A stretch of DNA of 54,279 bases, the filler included, from Catajapyx aquilonaris (lineage: Eukaryota), in NCBI GenBank assembly GCA_000934665.2. It is 3 parts of 3 records of this genome, joined end to end, with 100 filler letters (N's around TTAATTAATTAA, not from the genome) between each part and the next. Parts side by side here need not be neighbours in the genome. Positions count along the whole stretch, not along the records: positions 36,256 to 54,279 come from JYFJ02006802.1; 2 more parts are not named here. One strand, given 5' to 3'. This document shows positions 51,225 to 54,279 of this stretch, in pieces; the first letter of the stretch is position 1; the number at the start of each line of letters is the position of its first letter. The translations under genes and the position numbers were made by a program. The notes below the pieces were generated by a model, which saw only the letters and a list, made by a program, of their open reading frames with translations, made no database searches and had not been told where the DNA came from.

Positions 51225-52055
51225 ATGACATCTGGGGTACCGCCTATTTCGAAGTACAATGGTTCCTCCTCATTCAAGGAATGGAGGGAGCTCTATGAGC
51301 TTTACGGTGAGGCGTTGGAATGGGACGCCGCCAAACAGCTGGCACGCCTCCCCCTTTTTCTTGAGGGTGGTGCATACCAGGCTTTTCGCCTGCTTACTCC
51401 TGCCCAGAAGGTTGATTTTGGTACAACATGTGCCTCTTTGGAAGCTTCTTTGGCCCCTGTGGCTCCGAAAGTTCTCAAACAGAGTGAAGCCTCTCTGTTG
51501 AAACTGAAACCAGATGAGAGTTGGGATTCATATGTGTTTCGCCTTCAGGAAGCCATTACAAAGTCATACCCTACGGCTCCTCCTGAGACGATAGCCCAGC
51601 TCACATGTGGCAAATTGTTCGAAGCTCTTCCAAGAGACACTCAGCGCCAAATTATGGCTCAGGATTTATCCTCTCTTGAGGATGTGTTAAGAGTAGCCAA
51701 GTTGGCTGATGGTATAAACAAATGGCAATCAGGTTTACATACCTCAAAGAGTCCCTATGACTCTAATGTGGTGGATTATGGTAAGATGTCGACCGAAGTC
51801 CAATCCGGCCCTGTCCACTCTCAGACTTTCACGAGAGGACGAGGTCGTGGGCGCGGACGAGGCCGAGGTCGAGGTGTGGCCCGAGGTAAAAGCAGTGGGC
51901 ATGAAAGTCAACCAAAAACCCCCACTGACGACAATTCACCGGTAGTGTGTGACTACTGTAAGAAACCTCGCCATACCATGCAATCGTGTTGGAAGCGAGA
52001 AAAAGACGTAGCAGCATGGGAGAAGACACGTCCCGATCTTCCGGGAAACTTCTAG
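51225..52055 (+). CDS. gag: Gypsy Gag
   Basis: Capsid-like KYNGSSSFKEW..LFLEGGAY, an RG repeat and the CCHC knuckle CDYCKKPRHTMQSC. First ATG at 51225. Confidence 0.92.
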   Translation: MTSGVPPISKYNGSSSFKEWRELYELYGEALEWDAAKQLARLPLFLEGGAYQAFRLLTPAQKVDFGTTCASLEASLAPVAPKVLKQSEASLLKLKPDESWDSYVFRLQEAITKSYPTAPPETIAQLTCGKLFEALPRDTQRQIMAQDLSSLEDVLRVAKLADGINKWQSGLHTSKSPYDSNVVDYGKMSTEVQSGPVHSQTFTRGRGRGRGRGRGRGVARGKSSGHESQPKTPTDDNSPVVCDYCKKPRHTMQSCWKREKDVAAWEKTRPDLPGNF

Positions 52056-52098
52056 AGGCCGGTGTAAAGAGGCAGACTCCGGCCCAGACCATTGCCTC
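52043..52098 (+). promoter_or_regulatory. -1 programmed ribosomal frameshift signal
   Basis: In-frame slippery heptamer G GGA AAC (52043-52049), a 7-nt spacer and two complementary stems; the pol ORF is in the -1 frame. Confidence 0.82.
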
Positions 52099-53862
52099 AG
52101 AAGAACCTTCTCCAAATCCTCCCGTTGTTTCCGCTGTTTCTGCTACCACCACCACGGTCCACATTTTTGATGCAGAATACCGTGCACTGATTGATTCAGG
52201 AGCTGTTTGCTCCGTTATAAGTCAAAAAGCCTGGGATGAAATTCCCAATGACTGCAAACCACCTCTCCTCCATTGTCCCACTGTTTTGCGTGTTGGGGAC
52301 GGACGACGTCTGTTTCCCAAAGGGAAAGCATGGCTTCCCGTATCTGTGGGCGACGTTACTTTCCAATTGTATCTGGTGATCGTAACGAATCCCATTGAAG
52401 AAATCATCCTTGGGATTGATTTCTTCAAGCTTTCCAGTAGTCATATGTATTTTGACTCTGATGTTCTGACATGCAGGTTTCAACCTACATTGAACCCAAC
52501 CTCCCTTCCTACTTCCTGCCAGGTAAAGTTAACCCTTTGCCAATCGGTAACCCTACCTCCGCAAAGCGAAGCGATTCTTTCCTGCTTCGTGGCTGATGGA
52601 AATTCACCATACCCTATAGACACCGGTATCGTGGAGCCAAATTGGGAAAATTTGGATCACTTCCACATCATGCTAGCTTGGTGCTTGGTGTCCCCAACCT
52701 ACTCCAACGACCGTTACATAGTGCCGGTTTGTGTTGCAAACCTTCTCCCTGAAAGCACCCTCATACCAGAATCCACAACATTAGGATATCTGGCTCCTAT
52801 ATCCTCTTCTATTCCTCATTCCCCTAAATTCCTATGTTCTACACGAAGAAGTAGATCCTTCCTTGCAAATCCATGAATCACCTCCTACTTGGATAGCAGA
52901 CATGCTTAAAGATGTGACATTTCCACCGTCAGAGTTATCTGAACTGCGAAATTTGTTGGTGAAGTACCAGCATTTGTTCAGCACAAACCAGTTCGATTTG
53001 GGACGAACTAAAGTGGTTCCTCACACCATAAATACAGGTGATTGTAGGCCCATAAAGCAGCCTTTCCGACGAGTGGCGCCACAGCAAAAACAGATCATAT
53101 CTGATCAAGTACAGTCAATGACTCATCAAGGTATTGTCAGTCCCAGCTACAGTCCATGGAGCAGCCCTATTTGCCGTGTGTCCAAACCGGATGGCAGCCC
53201 TAGATTTTGTGTAGATTACCGCAAAGTCAATGCAGCGACCATTCTTGACGCCTACCCATTGCCACGGGTCGACGATGCTTTGGATGCTTTGGATGCTTTA
53301 TCAGGGGCAAAATACTTCTCCTCCCTCGACTTAACGTCTGGCTATTGGCAAGTCGAGATATCCCCAGAGGACCGCCCAAAAACGGCGTTTTCTGTTCCTG
53401 GTGGAGGATTGTATGAGTTTAATGTCCTCCCTTTCGGGCTGGTTAACGCCCAATCAACCTTTCAGCGGCTTATGGAACAAGTTCTCGCCGGGCTTACATG
53501 GGACATTTGTCTTATTTATCTTGATGATGTGCTTGTATTTTCAAAGCCTGCATCCGAACACATCAGAAGACTAGAGAGCGTCTTTCTGCGGTTTCAATCC
53601 GCTAATCTGAAAATGAAACCCTCCAAGTGTCAGTTCGCTCTCACTAACATCAAATACTTAGGGCATATTGTGAGCAGTGAAGGCATACATCCAGATCCAG
53701 ACAAAATCGTCTGCATCACTGCCTATCCAACTCCGAAGACAGTAAAGGAGGTTAGGTCCTTTATTGGTCTGGCGTCGTATTATAGACGGTTCGTCCATAA
53801 GTTCTCTGAAATTGCAAAACCCCTACATGCATTGACAGGTAACAAAGCAGTGTTCAAATGGG
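52046..53862 (+). pseudogene. pol: Gypsy Pol (protease + reverse transcriptase), frameshifted and 3'-truncated
   Basis: Protease ALIDSGA; RT motifs SPWSSP, RFCVDYRKVN, LDLTSGYWQV, LPFGLVNA, YLDD, YLGH, FIGLASYYRRFV. Frame change at ~52840-52865 and a 9-bp DAL duplication at ~53274-53300. Homology stops at AVFKW, before RNase H and integrase. Confidence 0.93.
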
Positions 53863-54049
53863 GAAAGTGTGCTGGTAGACCCCTAGTAGCCCTTGGGCGG
53901 CCCTCAGACAGGCCCCCGTGAGTTAGGCACGTCCTGAGTCTAACAGAATATTTTAATAACTGGTCACTATGACAATGCCAGTTGACCTCGCTCATGTGAG
54001 CTAACTGGCTAACAATACAGAAAGGACAAACAGACGGCGTTCGACGTCC

Positions 54050-54279
54050 TTAACCCTTTTCTGCCTACGGCCATCATATGATGTCCGGAGATTTGCCCTG
54101 CCAACTTGGGTCATTTTTCAACGCAAAAAATTTCAACCTCACCGATTTTCTTGAAATTCGGTGCATTGGTAGCCCACCCCAAGGGATGAAAAACGCACCT
54201 ATAGTTACATGATCAAATTGACCTCGTGACCCAATTTTGAGGGGACAGAGGTCAAATCATAAAATTTCGACCTCACCGA
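54050..54279. mobile_element. Left end of a piggyBac-like non-autonomous element
   Basis: TTAA|CCCTTT start; the element runs off the window. Confidence 0.45.

Noticed and set aside
52840..52876. Second programmed frameshift between protease and RT
   Set aside because: No slippery heptamer or stimulatory structure seen; more likely a mutation.

Overview
Eukaryotic, most likely arthropod-type, genomic scaffold with short (~60-200 nt) GT-AG introns, two 100-nt assembly gaps and a high load of transposon-derived DNA. Best-supported content: (1) a multi-exon EMSY-like (ENT domain) gene at 357-3142 (+), missing its first exon; (2) a UDP-glycosyltransferase pseudogene at 7191-8523 (-); (3) a frameshifted HMG-box fragment at ~39.2-39.4 kb (-); (4) a Ty3/Gypsy retrotransposon at 50486-53862 with 5' LTR, tRNA-Leu PBS, gag, a -1 frameshift signal with pseudoknot, protease and RT, truncated at its 3' end; (5) a solo LTR with 5-bp TSD, two tRNA-derived SINEs, more than a dozen MITE/foldback elements and a 1.93-kb foldback element with ~818-bp arms and an 8-bp TSD. 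Less certain: the 21-36 kb segment appears to hide three heavily disrupted minus-strand receptor genes (one ionotropic-receptor-like, two tandem LRR + 7TM-like), and 8.9-16.4 kb looks like a decayed array of compact, mutually paralogous ORFs of unknown (possibly viral or mobile) origin. No prokaryotic systems (CRISPR, operons, rRNA) are present. All family assignments come from reading motifs by eye; no searches were run.
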